A program made the translations under genes and the position numbers. A stretch of DNA of 64,000 nt from the NCBI GenBank assembly GCA_902588745.1, contig CACIQI010000007.1, forward strand, positions 2,271-66,270, read 5' to 3'. The notes under the pieces were generated by a model. That model was not told the origin of the DNA. It ran no database searches and was given only the letters and a program-made list of their open reading frames with translations. Positions 51,059-62,227 of this stretch are shown here, piece by piece. Origin of the DNA: an uncultured Alphaproteobacteria bacterium. GTDB lineage: Bacteria > Pseudomonadota > Alphaproteobacteria > HIMB59 > GCA-002718135. Position 1 is the first letter of the stretch. The number at the start of each line of letters is the position of its first letter.

Positions 51059-51825
51059 AATTAATTTTTAAAGTTATAATTTTGCTAGTTTTATCAATTA
51101 GTATTTCAGCTAGAGAAAAAGGTGAGACTGAAATCACTACTGATGATGGAATTGAAGTATTTCAAAATGAAAAATATTATTTACTAAAAAAAAATGTTAA
51201 AATTGAGTCAGATAATTTCATTCTAACGGCTGATGATGTAAAAATCAATTTTAATAAAAGTTTGTATGATATTACCATACTTGATGCCAAAGGTAATGTT
51301 GATTTTGTTTCTCAAGAATTTCAAATGAAGGGTAGTGGTGAAAAGTTAAATTTTGAAGTCAAATTCGAAAATATTAAAATTGAAGGATTAGATTCAGAAC
51401 TTTTAACAGAAGATATTGAAATGTATTCTGATGGCTACATTGAAGTTAATAATCAAAATGGAAGATTTTCATTAAAAGGGTCAAATTCGAAATTAATTAA
51501 TGAAGAAATTTTTATTGAGGGATTTTCAATAGATGGAATTTTTACTAAAAATACAAATTCCAATAAAAAAGAAATCACCTTATTAAATGTCGTTGATGAT
51601 AAAATTTCGTTCGCAAAGAATAATGATACTGAAATGTATGCAAAAAAAATAAATTTTGACAATAATACATCACTTATTGAATTAATTGACACGGTTACTA
51701 TAATTCGTAATGGTGAAAATATAACAGGTGATTATGGAACTCTTGATACAAAAAATAATTCGTATAAAATTAAATCAAATGACCAAAAAAAGGTTAAAGC
51801 ATTAATTCTAAATAATGAACAATAA
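51055..51825 (+). CDS. lptA: LptA/OstA-like periplasmic LPS transport protein
   Basis: Signal peptide, AKGNV, TGDYG, beta-jellyroll-like pattern, directly upstream of lptB. Confidence 0.65.
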   Translation: MKLIFKVIILLVLSISISAREKGETEITTDDGIEVFQNEKYYLLKKNVKIESDNFILTADDVKINFNKSLYDITILDAKGNVDFVSQEFQMKGSGEKLNFEVKFENIKIEGLDSELLTEDIEMYSDGYIEVNNQNGRFSLKGSNSKLINEEIFIEGFSIDGIFTKNTNSNKKEITLLNVVDDKISFAKNNDTEMYAKKINFDNNTSLIELIDTVTIIRNGENITGDYGTLDTKNNSYKIKSNDQKKVKALILNNEQ

Positions 51826-52561
51826 ATTTAAAATATTAGAAAATGGTCTAATAATAAATAAAGTTTCTAAAACTTATGGAAGCAAAAAAGTTGTAAGAGA
51901 TGTAAGTATATCTATAAATAGGAACGAAATAGTTGGATTATTAGGCCCAAATGGCGCAGGAAAAACTACTACTTTTTATATTATTGTTGGTTTAGTAAAA
52001 CCAGATAGTGGAAGTATTGTTTTAGATAAGTTAGATGTATCTAGTCTTCCAATTTATTTAAGAGGAAAACTTGGTATAAGTTATCTTCCTCAAGAAGCTT
52101 CTATTTTTAGAGGTATGAATGTTGAAGATAATCTTCTTTCAATAATTGAAATCACTGAGAATGATAGAAATAAACAAAATATAATTTTACAAAATTTACT
52201 TAATGAATTTGATATTAATCATGTGAGGAAGTCTAGATCAATTGTATTATCAGGTGGAGAAAGAAGAAGGTTAGAAATAGCAAGAACTCTAGCTACCAAC
52301 CCAAAATATTTATTACTTGATGAACCTCTTACAGGTATTGATCCAGTATCTATTGAGGAAATAAAAATTATAATTAAAAAATTAAAAGAAAGAAATATCG
52401 GAATATTAATTACAGATCATAATGTTAGAGAAACTTTAAAGATTGTTGATAGGGTGTATATTGTTAATGAAGGAGCAATATTTTACGAAGGAGATCCTGT
52501 ATCAGCTGTAAACGATGATAAAATAAAAAAATTTTATTTGGGTTCAAATTTTAAACTTTAA
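51815..52561 (+). CDS. lptB: LPS export ABC ATPase
   Basis: GPNGAGKTTTFY, YLPQEASIFR, LSGGERRRLEIAR, ITDHNVRETL. Confidence 0.95.
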   Translation: MNNKFKILENGLIINKVSKTYGSKKVVRDVSISINRNEIVGLLGPNGAGKTTTFYIIVGLVKPDSGSIVLDKLDVSSLPIYLRGKLGISYLPQEASIFRGMNVEDNLLSIIEITENDRNKQNIILQNLLNEFDINHVRKSRSIVLSGGERRRLEIARTLATNPKYLLLDEPLTGIDPVSIEEIKIIIKKLKERNIGILITDHNVRETLKIVDRVYIVNEGAIFYEGDPVSAVNDDKIKKFYLGSNFKL

Positions 52562-53860
52562 ATGATTAGTAATGCAATTAAAGAAGGTATAAATGGTACA
52601 CCTAATATACCAGGAGATAAATCTATATCTCATAGATCAATAATAATTCCTTCAATTTCAAATGGAATTTGTGAAATAAATAATCTTTTAAAATCAGAAG
52701 ATGTTTTACATACACTTAATGCTTTTAGATCTATGGGGGTCAAAATCTTAGAAGAAGACAGTAAAATAATTATATATGGGAAAGGTTTAAATTCCTTAAA
52801 ACAACCAAAGGATGATATTTATCTTGGTAATTCTGGAACAAGCGCTAGATTGTTAACTGGCCTTTTGTCATCTCAAAAATTTAATTCCATTATTACAGGT
52901 GATAAATCTCTATCTAAAAGACCAATGGAGAGGATTTCAAATCCTTTAAGTAAAATGAATGCAAAAATACAAACTACTAATGGATCTTTGCCACTAAAGA
53001 TTAAAGGAAATAATTTAATATCATGTGAAATTGATCTGGAGATACCATCTGCTCAAATTAAATCAGGTTTATTATTAGCAAGTTTAAACACAAAAGGTGA
53101 AACTAGAATTACTGAATATAAAGTAACAAGAGATCATACAGAAACAATGCTAAAAGCGTTTGGTGCAGATATAGAAATAAAAAAAACTGATATTAAGAAA
53201 GTAATTAAAATAAATGGAGGTAAAGAACTAAAATCTAAAAATATTGATGTTCCAAATGATTTATCCAGTAGTGCCTTCTTTATAGTGTCTGCGTTAATTA
53301 ATCATAATTCACATGTAGTTCTTAAAAAAATAAACAATAATCCTACAAGGAATGGATTGATCAATGCTTTAAAAAAAATGGGTGCAAAAATTTCTTTACT
53401 AAATAAACGAATCACTAACGATGAAGAAATTTGTGATATTGAAGTTACATACTCCAAATTAAATGGATGTGATCTTGGGCCAGAATTTGCAGACTTAATG
53501 ATAGATGAATATCCTATATTAGCTGTTGCTGCTTCTTTTGCAAATTCTCCAAGTATATTCCGTGGATTAAATGAGTTAAAAGTTAAAGAGAGTGATAGAT
53601 TAAAATTAATTTTAGTTAATTTAAAAAATTGTGGAGTGAATTGTAAAGTAGAAAATAATGATCTTTATATTTATCCTTCTGAAAAATATGAAATTAAAAA
53701 TAATGTTATTCAAACTGATTTCGACCATAGAATTGCAATGTCATTTGCAATAATGGGAACAAGAATTGGGCCGCTAGAAATTAGTGAATCAGGGTCTATA
53801 AATACTAGTTTTCCTACATTTAAAGATGAGTTGAATAGGTTAGGTGGTAATTTTTTTTGA
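52562..53860 (+). CDS. aroA: EPSP synthase
   Basis: PGDKSISHR, GNSGT, SAQIKS, RDHTE, KESDR, DHRIAM. Confidence 0.96.
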   Translation: MISNAIKEGINGTPNIPGDKSISHRSIIIPSISNGICEINNLLKSEDVLHTLNAFRSMGVKILEEDSKIIIYGKGLNSLKQPKDDIYLGNSGTSARLLTGLLSSQKFNSIITGDKSLSKRPMERISNPLSKMNAKIQTTNGSLPLKIKGNNLISCEIDLEIPSAQIKSGLLLASLNTKGETRITEYKVTRDHTETMLKAFGADIEIKKTDIKKVIKINGGKELKSKNIDVPNDLSSSAFFIVSALINHNSHVVLKKINNNPTRNGLINALKKMGAKISLLNKRITNDEEICDIEVTYSKLNGCDLGPEFADLMIDEYPILAVAASFANSPSIFRGLNELKVKESDRLKLILVNLKNCGVNCKVENNDLYIYPSEKYEIKNNVIQTDFDHRIAMSFAIMGTRIGPLEISESGSINTSFPTFKDELNRLGGNFF

Positions 53861-54492
53861 AGAATTTAATTGTTACAATTGATGGTCCAGCTGCCTCAGG
53901 AAAAGAAAAGATTTCAAAATATATTAGTAGAAGATGGAGACTTAAACATTTAGATTCAGGTATACTATATAGAAGATTAGCTTACATTTTACTAAAAGAC
54001 AGTATTAATATTAATAATTTAAATGAAATTAAAAACAAATTACAAGAAATAAACAGTATATCCTTTCAAAAAAGTAAAAAAATCAGAACTCAAGAAATAA
54101 GTAAATTTGCTTCAAAAATAGCTGTATACGGTTTTGTTAGAAACTTTATAAATAAATTACAACATAACTTCGTTAAAATTAATAAAAATAAGAAAGGTTT
54201 CGTTATTGATGGAAGAGATATAGGCTCAGTTGTTTTTAAAAAAGCTGATTTAAAACTATATATAGACGTAAATCCTGAAATTAGAGCAAAAAGAAGATAT
54301 AAACAGTTGATTGATAGTGGTGAAAAGTCTATATACCCAAAAATTTTGAAGGATATAGAATTGAGAGATAAAACAGATATATTGAGGAAAAATTCACCCT
54401 TAGTTATACCGAAGAACTCGTTTATTATTGATAATAATGGTAGTTTTAAAGAAACTATAAATCAAATAAAAAAAATATTACCTAAAATTTAG
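53857..54492 (+). CDS. cmk: Cytidylate kinase
   Basis: IDGPAASGK, DSGILYR, DGRDIG, RAKRR. Confidence 0.94.
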   Translation: MKNLIVTIDGPAASGKEKISKYISRRWRLKHLDSGILYRRLAYILLKDSININNLNEIKNKLQEINSISFQKSKKIRTQEISKFASKIAVYGFVRNFINKLQHNFVKINKNKKGFVIDGRDIGSVVFKKADLKLYIDVNPEIRAKRRYKQLIDSGEKSIYPKILKDIELRDKTDILRKNSPLVIPKNSFIIDNNGSFKETINQIKKILPKI

Positions 54493-54493
54493 A

Positions 54494-56194
54494 ATGAAAC
54501 AAGAGTCGATTAATAAAATTTCTAATTCACAATACGATGATCTTATAAGTAACTCATTAAAAAATTCATCAGCAAAAGAAAAAAGTATTGCTAAAGGAAA
54601 AATTATATCAATTGAAAATGAAATAGTTACAATTGACGTTGGTCTTAAAAGTGAAGGTCGAGTTCCTTTGAGTGAGTTTTCAAGACCAGGTCAAAAATCT
54701 GAAATAGAAGTTGGAGATGAAACAGAAGTATTTATAGAAAATGTAGATAATGCAAATGGTGAAACATTACTCTCAAGAGAAAAAGCTGTAAAACAAAAAG
54801 CGTGGCATAATTTGCAAATAAGCTTTAATGACAATAAAGTTGTAACTGGAATACCTTTTAATAGAGTTAAAGGTGGGATGAGTGTTGATTTAGATGGTGT
54901 TGTTGCATTTCTTCCTGGAAGTCAAATTGAAACCAGACAAATTATAAAAGATACAAAAGAATTATTAAATAAACCTCTAGAACTGTTAATTTTGAAAATG
55001 GATAAATATAGAGGAAATATTGTTGTTTCCAGAAAAGCTATTACTGAAAATGAGCTCAAAGAACAAAGAAGTGAACTTCTAAAAAATATTAAAGAAGGCT
55101 CAATTATAGAAGGCAAAGTTAAAAATATTACTGACTATGGTGCTTTTATTGATTTGGGAGGTATAGACGGTCTCGTTCATGTAACTGATATTTCTTGGAC
55201 AAAAATAAGTAACCCTTCAGAAGTTCTTGAATTAAACTCTACTATCAAAGTAAAAGTTCTGAAATTTGATGAAGAACTATCTAGATTAAGTCTTGGAATT
55301 AAACAGTTATCAGAAAATCCATGGGATAATGTTAAAGAGAATATTAGAACAAAAGAAAAGATTTTAGGTAAAGTTATTAGTATCAGTGACAACAATGTTA
55401 ATATTATTCTTAATGAAAAATATGATGGAATAATTTCAGTAAATGAACTTAGTTGGTTAAAAAAACCACCTCACCCATCTAAAATTGTTAGCTTAAATGA
55501 AGAAATTGAGGTGTTAATTTTAGAGATTGATGATGATAAAAAAAGAATAAATTGCAGCTTAAAACAAATGAAAGAAAATCCTTGGATTAAACTCAATGAA
55601 AAATTTAACATTAATGATACTTTTGAAACTGAAATAGTTAACATTGTAGACTTTGGAATTTTTGTAAAAGTACTTGATGAGATTGATGGAATGGTTCATA
55701 TTTCGGATTTAAGCTGGGATGAAAAAGAATGTGAAACGATCATAAAAGATTTTAAAAAAGGTGAGAAAGTAAAAGTTAAGATATTAGATATCAATGTTGA
55801 GAAAGAAAGAATAAGTCTTGGAATAAAACACTTAAAAAACGATCCTGTACAAGCATTTATTGAATCTAATCCTGTTAAGTCAAAAGTTACTGGAAAAATT
55901 GTTGATATTGATGAAAAGGGTTTGAAAATTGAACTCGATAAAGAAAATCAAATATTTGGTTTTATTAGAAAAACAAACTTATCTAATGATAAAAATGAGA
56001 ATAAAACTGAACGTTTTGCTTTGGAAGAAAACATCGATTCAATAATTTTGTCAATAGATTCAAAAACAAGAACATTAAATCTCTCGATTAAGGAACTAGA
56101 GATAAGGGATGAAAAAGAAGCTTTATCAAAATATGGATCAAGTGCGTCTGGTGCTTCGTTAGGTGATATTTTAGGATCTGTTCTTAAAAAATAG
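54494..56194 (+). CDS. rpsA: 30S ribosomal protein S1
   Basis: Repeated S1 domains, AFLPGSQ, YGAFIDLGGIDGL, SLGDILG. Confidence 0.96.
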   Translation: MKQESINKISNSQYDDLISNSLKNSSAKEKSIAKGKIISIENEIVTIDVGLKSEGRVPLSEFSRPGQKSEIEVGDETEVFIENVDNANGETLLSREKAVKQKAWHNLQISFNDNKVVTGIPFNRVKGGMSVDLDGVVAFLPGSQIETRQIIKDTKELLNKPLELLILKMDKYRGNIVVSRKAITENELKEQRSELLKNIKEGSIIEGKVKNITDYGAFIDLGGIDGLVHVTDISWTKISNPSEVLELNSTIKVKVLKFDEELSRLSLGIKQLSENPWDNVKENIRTKEKILGKVISISDNNVNIILNEKYDGIISVNELSWLKKPPHPSKIVSLNEEIEVLILEIDDDKKRINCSLKQMKENPWIKLNEKFNINDTFETEIVNIVDFGIFVKVLDEIDGMVHISDLSWDEKECETIIKDFKKGEKVKVKILDINVEKERISLGIKHLKNDPVQAFIESNPVKSKVTGKIVDIDEKGLKIELDKENQIFGFIRKTNLSNDKNENKTERFALEENIDSIILSIDSKTRTLNLSIKELEIRDEKEALSKYGSSASGASLGDILGSVLKK

Positions 56195-56199
56195 GACTG

Positions 56200-56508
56200 A
56201 TGTTAAAGTCCCAAATTCTTGAAGAACTTCATCAAAAACATAATAACTTAAGCAAAGAAGATATTGATACTTTATTTGAAATTTTTCTAAAAAAATTAGT
56301 TAACTCTCTTAAAAATGGACGAAATATTGAAATAAGAGGCTTTGGAACATTAACTAGAAAGATTAATAAAGAGAAGATTGTAAGAAACCCAAAAACTAAC
56401 GAAAAATTATTTAAAAATCAAAGTTATAAATTGCATTTTAAAATTGGAAAAATATTACATAAAAGAATTAATCCTTTAATAAATATTAATAAAGAAGATG
56501 AGTTCTAA
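56200..56508 (+). CDS. ihfB: Integration host factor beta / HU-family protein
   Basis: MLKSQI, IEIRGFG, RNPKT, FKIGK; follows rpsA. Confidence 0.85.
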   Translation: MLKSQILEELHQKHNNLSKEDIDTLFEIFLKKLVNSLKNGRNIEIRGFGTLTRKINKEKIVRNPKTNEKLFKNQSYKLHFKIGKILHKRINPLININKEDEF

Positions 56509-57181
56509 GAAAGTAATTGTAGCATTAGATAATAACAACTTAAAAAAAACATTAAGATTAGTAAGAGTTTTAAAAAGTGAAGTATATGCATTCAAAATTG
56601 GTTATCAATTTTTTTTTAGCTTTGGATTACAGGGTTATAAAAAAATTTACTCAATTTGTCCCAAAATATTTCTTGATTTAAAATTACATGATATACCCAA
56701 TACCGTTGAAAAGGGTCTAGAAGCAATCTTAAAAATGAAACCTTTTTTTACTACAATACACGTTTCGGGTGGTGATAAAATGATGAAAGTATCTAGCTCA
56801 TATAAAAAAAATACTAAGATTTTAGGTGTGTCAATTTTAACAAGTATGGATAGCAGACAAACAGCTAAATATTATAATCAAAAAAATGTTACAAAATTAG
56901 TTAGAAGTTTTACAAAAGCTGCTAAAAAAAATAAATTAGATGGTGTAGTCTGCAGTCCTCAGGAAATAAAATATATCAGAAAAGAAGTGGGAAAAAATTT
57001 TATAATAGTAACTCCTGGGATTAGAATATATAATCAAATAAAAAATGATGATCAAAAACGAGTTGAAACACCAGAAAAAGCTATTAAGTTAGGTGCAAAT
57101 TATTTAGTTATAGGTAGACCAATTACTAAATCTAAAGATCCACTTAAAGTTTTAAAAGAAATTAATAAATCTCTATCATAA
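56498..57181 (+). CDS. pyrF: Orotidine-5'-phosphate decarboxylase
   Basis: VALD, FLDLKLHDIPNTV, TPGIR, DDQKR, IGRPI. Confidence 0.96.
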   Translation: MSSKKVIVALDNNNLKKTLRLVRVLKSEVYAFKIGYQFFFSFGLQGYKKIYSICPKIFLDLKLHDIPNTVEKGLEAILKMKPFFTTIHVSGGDKMMKVSSSYKKNTKILGVSILTSMDSRQTAKYYNQKNVTKLVRSFTKAAKKNKLDGVVCSPQEIKYIRKEVGKNFIIVTPGIRIYNQIKNDDQKRVETPEKAIKLGANYLVIGRPITKSKDPLKVLKEINKSLS

Positions 57182-57184
57182 AAA

Positions 57185-57814
57185 ATGATTATAAAAATTT
57201 GTGGAATACAAAATGAAGATACACTTCTTTGCTGTGAAAGAAATAAAGTAAATTTTTTTGGTATGATTTTTTATCCAAAAAGTCCAAGAAATATATCATT
57301 TGAGAATGCAAGAATGCTACAAAATATATCTAAGGACTTGAAAATTAAAGGTGTTGGTGTCTTTGTTAATAAAAATATTGATGAATTAGAACAAATTATA
57401 AAAAATTTAAAATTGAAATTTGTACAATTACATGGATCAGAAGATGAGCAATATATTGAATCTTTAAAAAAGATGGATGTGAAAATTATTAAATCAATTT
57501 CTATAGATAACAATAATGACTTAAATAAAATTGATAAATATGAAAGTGTTGATTATTTTTTATTTGATTACAAGCCTTTGAAAAATGAGTTACCTGGTGG
57601 GAATTCTAAGAGCTTTGATTGGAATATATTAAAAAATCTTAAAACTAAAAAACAGTGGTTTTTATCTGGAGGGATTAATACAAATAATATTAAGCAAATA
57701 GTTGATGATATAAATCCATTTGGAGTAGATTTATCATCAGGAGTAGAAAAAGAGCTTGGCATTAAAGATAATCAGATTATAAATAATTTTATCGGGAAAT
57801 TAAACAATGCTTAA
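57185..57814 (+). CDS. trpF: Phosphoribosylanthranilate isomerase
   Basis: KICGI, QLHGSE, PGGN, LSGG, DLSSGVE. Confidence 0.95.
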   Translation: MIIKICGIQNEDTLLCCERNKVNFFGMIFYPKSPRNISFENARMLQNISKDLKIKGVGVFVNKNIDELEQIIKNLKLKFVQLHGSEDEQYIESLKKMDVKIIKSISIDNNNDLNKIDKYESVDYFLFDYKPLKNELPGGNSKSFDWNILKNLKTKKQWFLSGGINTNNIKQIVDDINPFGVDLSSGVEKELGIKDNQIINNFIGKLNNA

Positions 57815-59015
57815 GAACACATATAAAAATTATCCAAATGAAAAAGGATATTTTGGTCAATTTGGTGGAAGATATGTATCTGAAACTTTAATGCCTTTAA
57901 TTCTTGAAGTAGAAAAGGAATATGAAAAAATAAAAAATGACAAAAATTTCATTAATGAGTTCAATCATTATTTAAAAACATATGTTGGGAGACCAAGCCC
58001 ATTATTTTTAGCTGAAAGAATTACTAATGATCTTGGAGGGCCAAAAATTTATTTTAAAAGAGACGAATTAAACCATACAGGTGCCCATAAAATCAATAAT
58101 TGTATGGGTCAAATCTTAATGGCAAAAAAAATGGGTAAGACTAGAATTATAGCAGAAACAGGAGCAGGACAACACGGTGTTGCTACAGCAACGGTATGTG
58201 CTTTATTTGGATTACCTTGTATAGTCTATATGGGAGAAAAAGATATTGAAAGACAATCACCGAATGTCTTTAGGATGAAATTGCTTGGTGCAGAAATACG
58301 ATCTGTCTCTACTGGTTCAAAATCCCTGAAAGACGCTATGAATGAAGCACTAAGAGATTGGGTTACAAATGTTAGAGATACTTTTTATATAATAGGAACA
58401 GCAGCAGGACCCCATCCATATCCAGCAATGGTGAGAGATTTTCAATCTGTGATTGGAAAAGAAGTGCGTGAGCAACTTGAAGATATGGAAGGAAGAGCTC
58501 CAGATTTATTAATGGCTTGTATTGGTGGTGGTTCAAACGCTTTAGGGTTGTTCCATGAATTCTTAGATGATTCTAGTGTTGAAATGATTGCTGTTGAAGC
58601 AGCAGGACATGGAATAGATACAGATAAGCATGCGGCTAGTTTAACTGGAGGAAAACCAGGTGTATTGCATGGTAATAAAACCTATTTGTTACAGTCAAAC
58701 ACAGGACAGATTCAGGAAGCACATTCTATCTCTGCAGGATTAGATTATCCAGGAATTGGTCCTGAACATTCATTTTTATTTGAAGAAAAAAGAGTTAAAT
58801 ATATGTCAGCAACTGACAAAGAAGCATTAGATGCCTTTCAATATTGTTGCAAGTTAGAAGGTATAATTCCAGCCTTAGAACCTGCGCATGCGTTAGCTGT
58901 ATTAAAAAAAATATCAAAAAACTATAGTAAAGATAAAATTATTGTAATGAATATGTGTGGTCGAGGAGATAAAGATATTTTTACAATAGCTGATGAATTA
59001 AATATAAAGATCTAA
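57807..59015 (+). CDS. trpB: Tryptophan synthase beta chain
   Basis: [33 protein letters not shown]. Confidence 0.98.
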   Translation: MLKNTYKNYPNEKGYFGQFGGRYVSETLMPLILEVEKEYEKIKNDKNFINEFNHYLKTYVGRPSPLFLAERITNDLGGPKIYFKRDELNHTGAHKINNCMGQILMAKKMGKTRIIAETGAGQHGVATATVCALFGLPCIVYMGEKDIERQSPNVFRMKLLGAEIRSVSTGSKSLKDAMNEALRDWVTNVRDTFYIIGTAAGPHPYPAMVRDFQSVIGKEVREQLEDMEGRAPDLLMACIGGGSNALGLFHEFLDDSSVEMIAVEAAGHGIDTDKHAASLTGGKPGVLHGNKTYLLQSNTGQIQEAHSISAGLDYPGIGPEHSFLFEEKRVKYMSATDKEALDAFQYCCKLEGIIPALEPAHALAVLKKISKNYSKDKIIVMNMCGRGDKDIFTIADELNIKI

Positions 59016-59810
59016 ATGACTAATTTAATTAGTCAGACATTTAAAAATAATGAAAAAAAACTAGTAACATTTATTACTGGGGGTGATCCTGATTTTGATA
59101 CAAGTTTAGAAATTATTAGGACAATAATTAATAATGGGGCTGATATTGTAGAAATTGGAATGCCCTTTTCTGATCCAATGGCTGATGGCCCAACAATTCA
59201 GCTATCAAGTAATAGAGCGATAAGTAAAGGAATTGATTTAGAAAATATTTTCTCTTTAGCCGCTGAAGCAAAGAAAATAAAAAATGATCTCCCTATTATT
59301 TTAATGGGTTACTATAACTTGATTCTATATTTTGGAATTGAGAAGTTTGTAAAAAGATGCAAAGAAAATGGGGTTGATGGTTTAATTATTGTTGATCTAC
59401 AACCTGAAGAAGATGATGATTTGATTAATGAAGTAAAAAAAAGCCATATTGATCTGATTAGATTGATTACTCCAACAACTAACGAGGAGAGACTAAAATT
59501 GATATTAAATAATGCTAGTGGTTTTTTATATTATGTTAGTGTTATGGGAATTACTGGACAAAAATCTGCTGATCTTAATGATCTTGAAAATTCAGTGGCT
59601 TTTATCAAAAAACACACAAACTTACCAGTTATCCCTGGATTTGGTATTAAAAACTCAACTGATGTAAACAATATATGCAAAATAGCTGATGGTGCAGTTG
59701 TTGGCTCGAGTATAATTAAAATTATTGAAGAGAATTTAAATGACAAAGACAAAATGTTATTAGAAATTAAAAAATTTACAAAAGATTTGAAGGATGGAAC
59801 TAAATTATGA
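59016..59810 (+). CDS. trpA: Tryptophan synthase alpha chain
   Basis: EIGMPFSDPMADGPTIQ, GITG, GFGI, VVGS. Confidence 0.97.
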   Translation: MTNLISQTFKNNEKKLVTFITGGDPDFDTSLEIIRTIINNGADIVEIGMPFSDPMADGPTIQLSSNRAISKGIDLENIFSLAAEAKKIKNDLPIILMGYYNLILYFGIEKFVKRCKENGVDGLIIVDLQPEEDDDLINEVKKSHIDLIRLITPTTNEERLKLILNNASGFLYYVSVMGITGQKSADLNDLENSVAFIKKHTNLPVIPGFGIKNSTDVNNICKIADGAVVGSSIIKIIEENLNDKDKMLLEIKKFTKDLKDGTKL

Positions 59811-60649
59811 ATTGGTTAACAAATTTTGTAAAACCTAAACTATCCTTACTTGTAAAAAGAAGGAATGTACCAGAAAAATTATGGAATAACTGTATTTCAT
59901 GTGGAAATATGATTCATCATAAAGATTTAAAAGAAAATCTATACGTTTGTGTAAATTGTAATTATCATTTTAGAATGTCTGCAGAAGATAGGATAAAATT
60001 GTTTTTTGAAGATGGAAATTATAGTGAAATTAGCCCTGATAAGATTTCTGATGATCCACTAAAATTCACAGATAAGAAAAAATATAAAGATAGATTAAAA
60101 GAATACAGAAAAAAAACAAACAGAGATGATGCTTTCATACTTATTAAAGGAAAGATTAAAGATAAAGAAATTATTTCAGGACTAATGAATTTTGAATTCA
60201 TGGGTGGTTCTATGGGTAGAGCAGTTGGGGGGGCAATAGTTAAAGGAGCTAAGATCGCTATAGAAAAAAAATTACCTTATGTTGTTGTTACCTCATCTGG
60301 GGGAGCAAGAATGCAGGAAGGAATTGTAAGCTTAATGCAAATGCCAAGAACAATAGCAGCGGTTGATTTGTTAAATGAAAATAATATACCTTACATAGTA
60401 GTTCTTACCGAGCCTACTACTGGTGGAGTGACAGCTTCTTTTGCAATGTTAGGTGATATAACAATAGCAGAACAAGGTGCTACTATAGGTTTTGCAGGTA
60501 AAAGAGTTATACAAGACACTATCAGAGAAGAATTACCTGTAGATTTTCAAAAAGCTGAATATCTAAAAGATCATGGAATGGTAGATATTGTTTCTCATAG
60601 AAGAGATCTTAAAGAAACTTTATACAAAGTATTAAATCACATAAGTTAA
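59807..60649 (+). CDS. accD: Acetyl-CoA carboxylase carboxyltransferase beta subunit
   Basis: C4 zinc finger, FMGGSMG, SGGARMQEG, PTTGGVTASF. Confidence 0.97.
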   Translation: MNWLTNFVKPKLSLLVKRRNVPEKLWNNCISCGNMIHHKDLKENLYVCVNCNYHFRMSAEDRIKLFFEDGNYSEISPDKISDDPLKFTDKKKYKDRLKEYRKKTNRDDAFILIKGKIKDKEIISGLMNFEFMGGSMGRAVGGAIVKGAKIAIEKKLPYVVVTSSGGARMQEGIVSLMQMPRTIAAVDLLNENNIPYIVVLTEPTTGGVTASFAMLGDITIAEQGATIGFAGKRVIQDTIREELPVDFQKAEYLKDHGMVDIVSHRRDLKETLYKVLNHIS

Positions 60650-60652
60650 TAA

Positions 60653-61912
60653 GTGAAATCTAAAACAGAAAAGTTGTTAGATGAACTTGTTAAACTTCAT
60701 CCCAAATATATTGATCTTTCATTAGATAGATTAAAATTATTATTAAAAAAATTAGATAATCCTCAAGATCATCTTCCAAAAACTATCCATATCGCAGGAA
60801 CAAATGGTAAAGGCTCTGTACAAAGTTTTATAAGAAATATTTTGTTGAAGAATGGATATAAATGTGACGCATATATCTCACCTCATCTATCTAGATTTAA
60901 TGAAAGAATAATTCTAAATAATAAGGAAGTAAGTACAAAGAAACTTTATGAAACTCTTATTTTTGTAAAAAAAATAAATAATAATAGACCAATAACTTTC
61001 TTTGAAATAACGACAGCTGCAGCATTTATATTGTTTAAACAATCAAAATCTGACTTTCTTATTTTAGAGACAGGATTAGGAGGAAGATTAGATGCAACTA
61101 ATGTAATACCAAAAAAGATTTGTAGTATTTTAACACCAATTAGTTTTGATCATGAGGAATTTCTTGGAAAAACACTTAAGAAAATTGCTAATGAAAAATT
61201 GGGTATAGTTAAAAATTGTGATTTTGTTTTAGTTGGTAAACAAAAAAAAGAGTTAAAAGATCACATTCAAAAAAAATTAAATAAGTTTGAAAATAAATAT
61301 TTTTACGGGAAAGAATTTCAAGTAACAAAATCATTAAAAAATAAGTTTGAAATGAAAGTAGATGGAAAAAAAATTCTCTATACTCAACCTTCATTGAATG
61401 GAAAATATCAGGAAGAAAACGCATCAATATCTATATATTTTTCAAAAATCATGAAAAGAATGGGTTATAAATTAAATACAAGAGAAATTAATTCAGCGAT
61501 AAAAAAAACGGTATGGCCAGGAAGATTGGAAATTATTAATTATAAAAATAAAAAAATTATTCTTGATGGATCGCATAATATCGATGGAGCTGATAGACTA
61601 AATGAATTTTTACGAACTAATAGAATAAAACCTATAGTCTTGTTTGGAATGCTGAATAATAAAAAAGCAAGTTTATTTTTGAACAAAATAAAAAAAAGAG
61701 TGTCCAAAGTTTTAGCTATAAAAATCCCAGATGAAAAAAATGCATTTAAAACTAAACAAATAAATGAAATTTGTGATTTTCATTCTATTAAATGTGAGCA
61801 AATAAATAATATAAATGATGCTTTACAATATTTTAGATTTAATCAACAAAAAATATATCTAATTACTGGATCTTTGTATTTGATAGGAAAAATTAGAAGA
61901 AAACTTTTATAA
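60653..61912 (+). CDS. folC: Folylpolyglutamate synthase / dihydrofolate synthase
   Basis: HIAGTNGKGS, ETGLGGRLDATN, WPGRL, LDGSHN, TGSLYLIG. Confidence 0.95.
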   Translation: MKSKTEKLLDELVKLHPKYIDLSLDRLKLLLKKLDNPQDHLPKTIHIAGTNGKGSVQSFIRNILLKNGYKCDAYISPHLSRFNERIILNNKEVSTKKLYETLIFVKKINNNRPITFFEITTAAAFILFKQSKSDFLILETGLGGRLDATNVIPKKICSILTPISFDHEEFLGKTLKKIANEKLGIVKNCDFVLVGKQKKELKDHIQKKLNKFENKYFYGKEFQVTKSLKNKFEMKVDGKKILYTQPSLNGKYQEENASISIYFSKIMKRMGYKLNTREINSAIKKTVWPGRLEIINYKNKKIILDGSHNIDGADRLNEFLRTNRIKPIVLFGMLNNKKASLFLNKIKKRVSKVLAIKIPDEKNAFKTKQINEICDFHSIKCEQINNINDALQYFRFNQQKIYLITGSLYLIGKIRRKLL

Positions 61913-62227
61913 ATTGGATTGTATCCAGGTTTCTAATGCTGTTTTAGGAAGACTGCCAACCTTAGTATCGATTAACTCTCCTTTTTTAAAAATCATTATT
62001 GTAGGAATACCCCTAATACCGTATTTTTGTGGTGTCATAGGGTTCTCATCAATATTCATTTTATATATTTTAACTTTATCTTTGTTCTCAACAGCAATTT
62101 CTTCTAAAATTGGGTCAAGTACTTTGCATGGGCCACACCATTCTGCACCAAAATCAACTACCACTGGCACATCATTATTAGAGATGTCTTTATCAAAGGT
62201 TTGATCGTTTGTTACATTAGTAGACAT
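61907..62227 (-). CDS. trxA: Thioredoxin
   Basis: WCGPC, IRGIPT. Confidence 0.96.
   Translation of the reverse strand: MSTNVTNDQTFDKDISNNDVPVVVDFGAEWCGPCKVLDPILEEIAVENKDKVKIYKMNIDENPMTPQKYGIRGIPTIMIFKKGELIDTKVGSLPKTALETWIQSNL

Noticed and set aside
14079-61427. Numerous 60-140 aa ORFs antisense to or nested in core genes (e.g. 16740, 18799, 20376, 44221, 48366, 50590, 54922, 57271, 59531)
   Set aside because: These are typical shadow ORFs on conserved genes and show no independent evidence.
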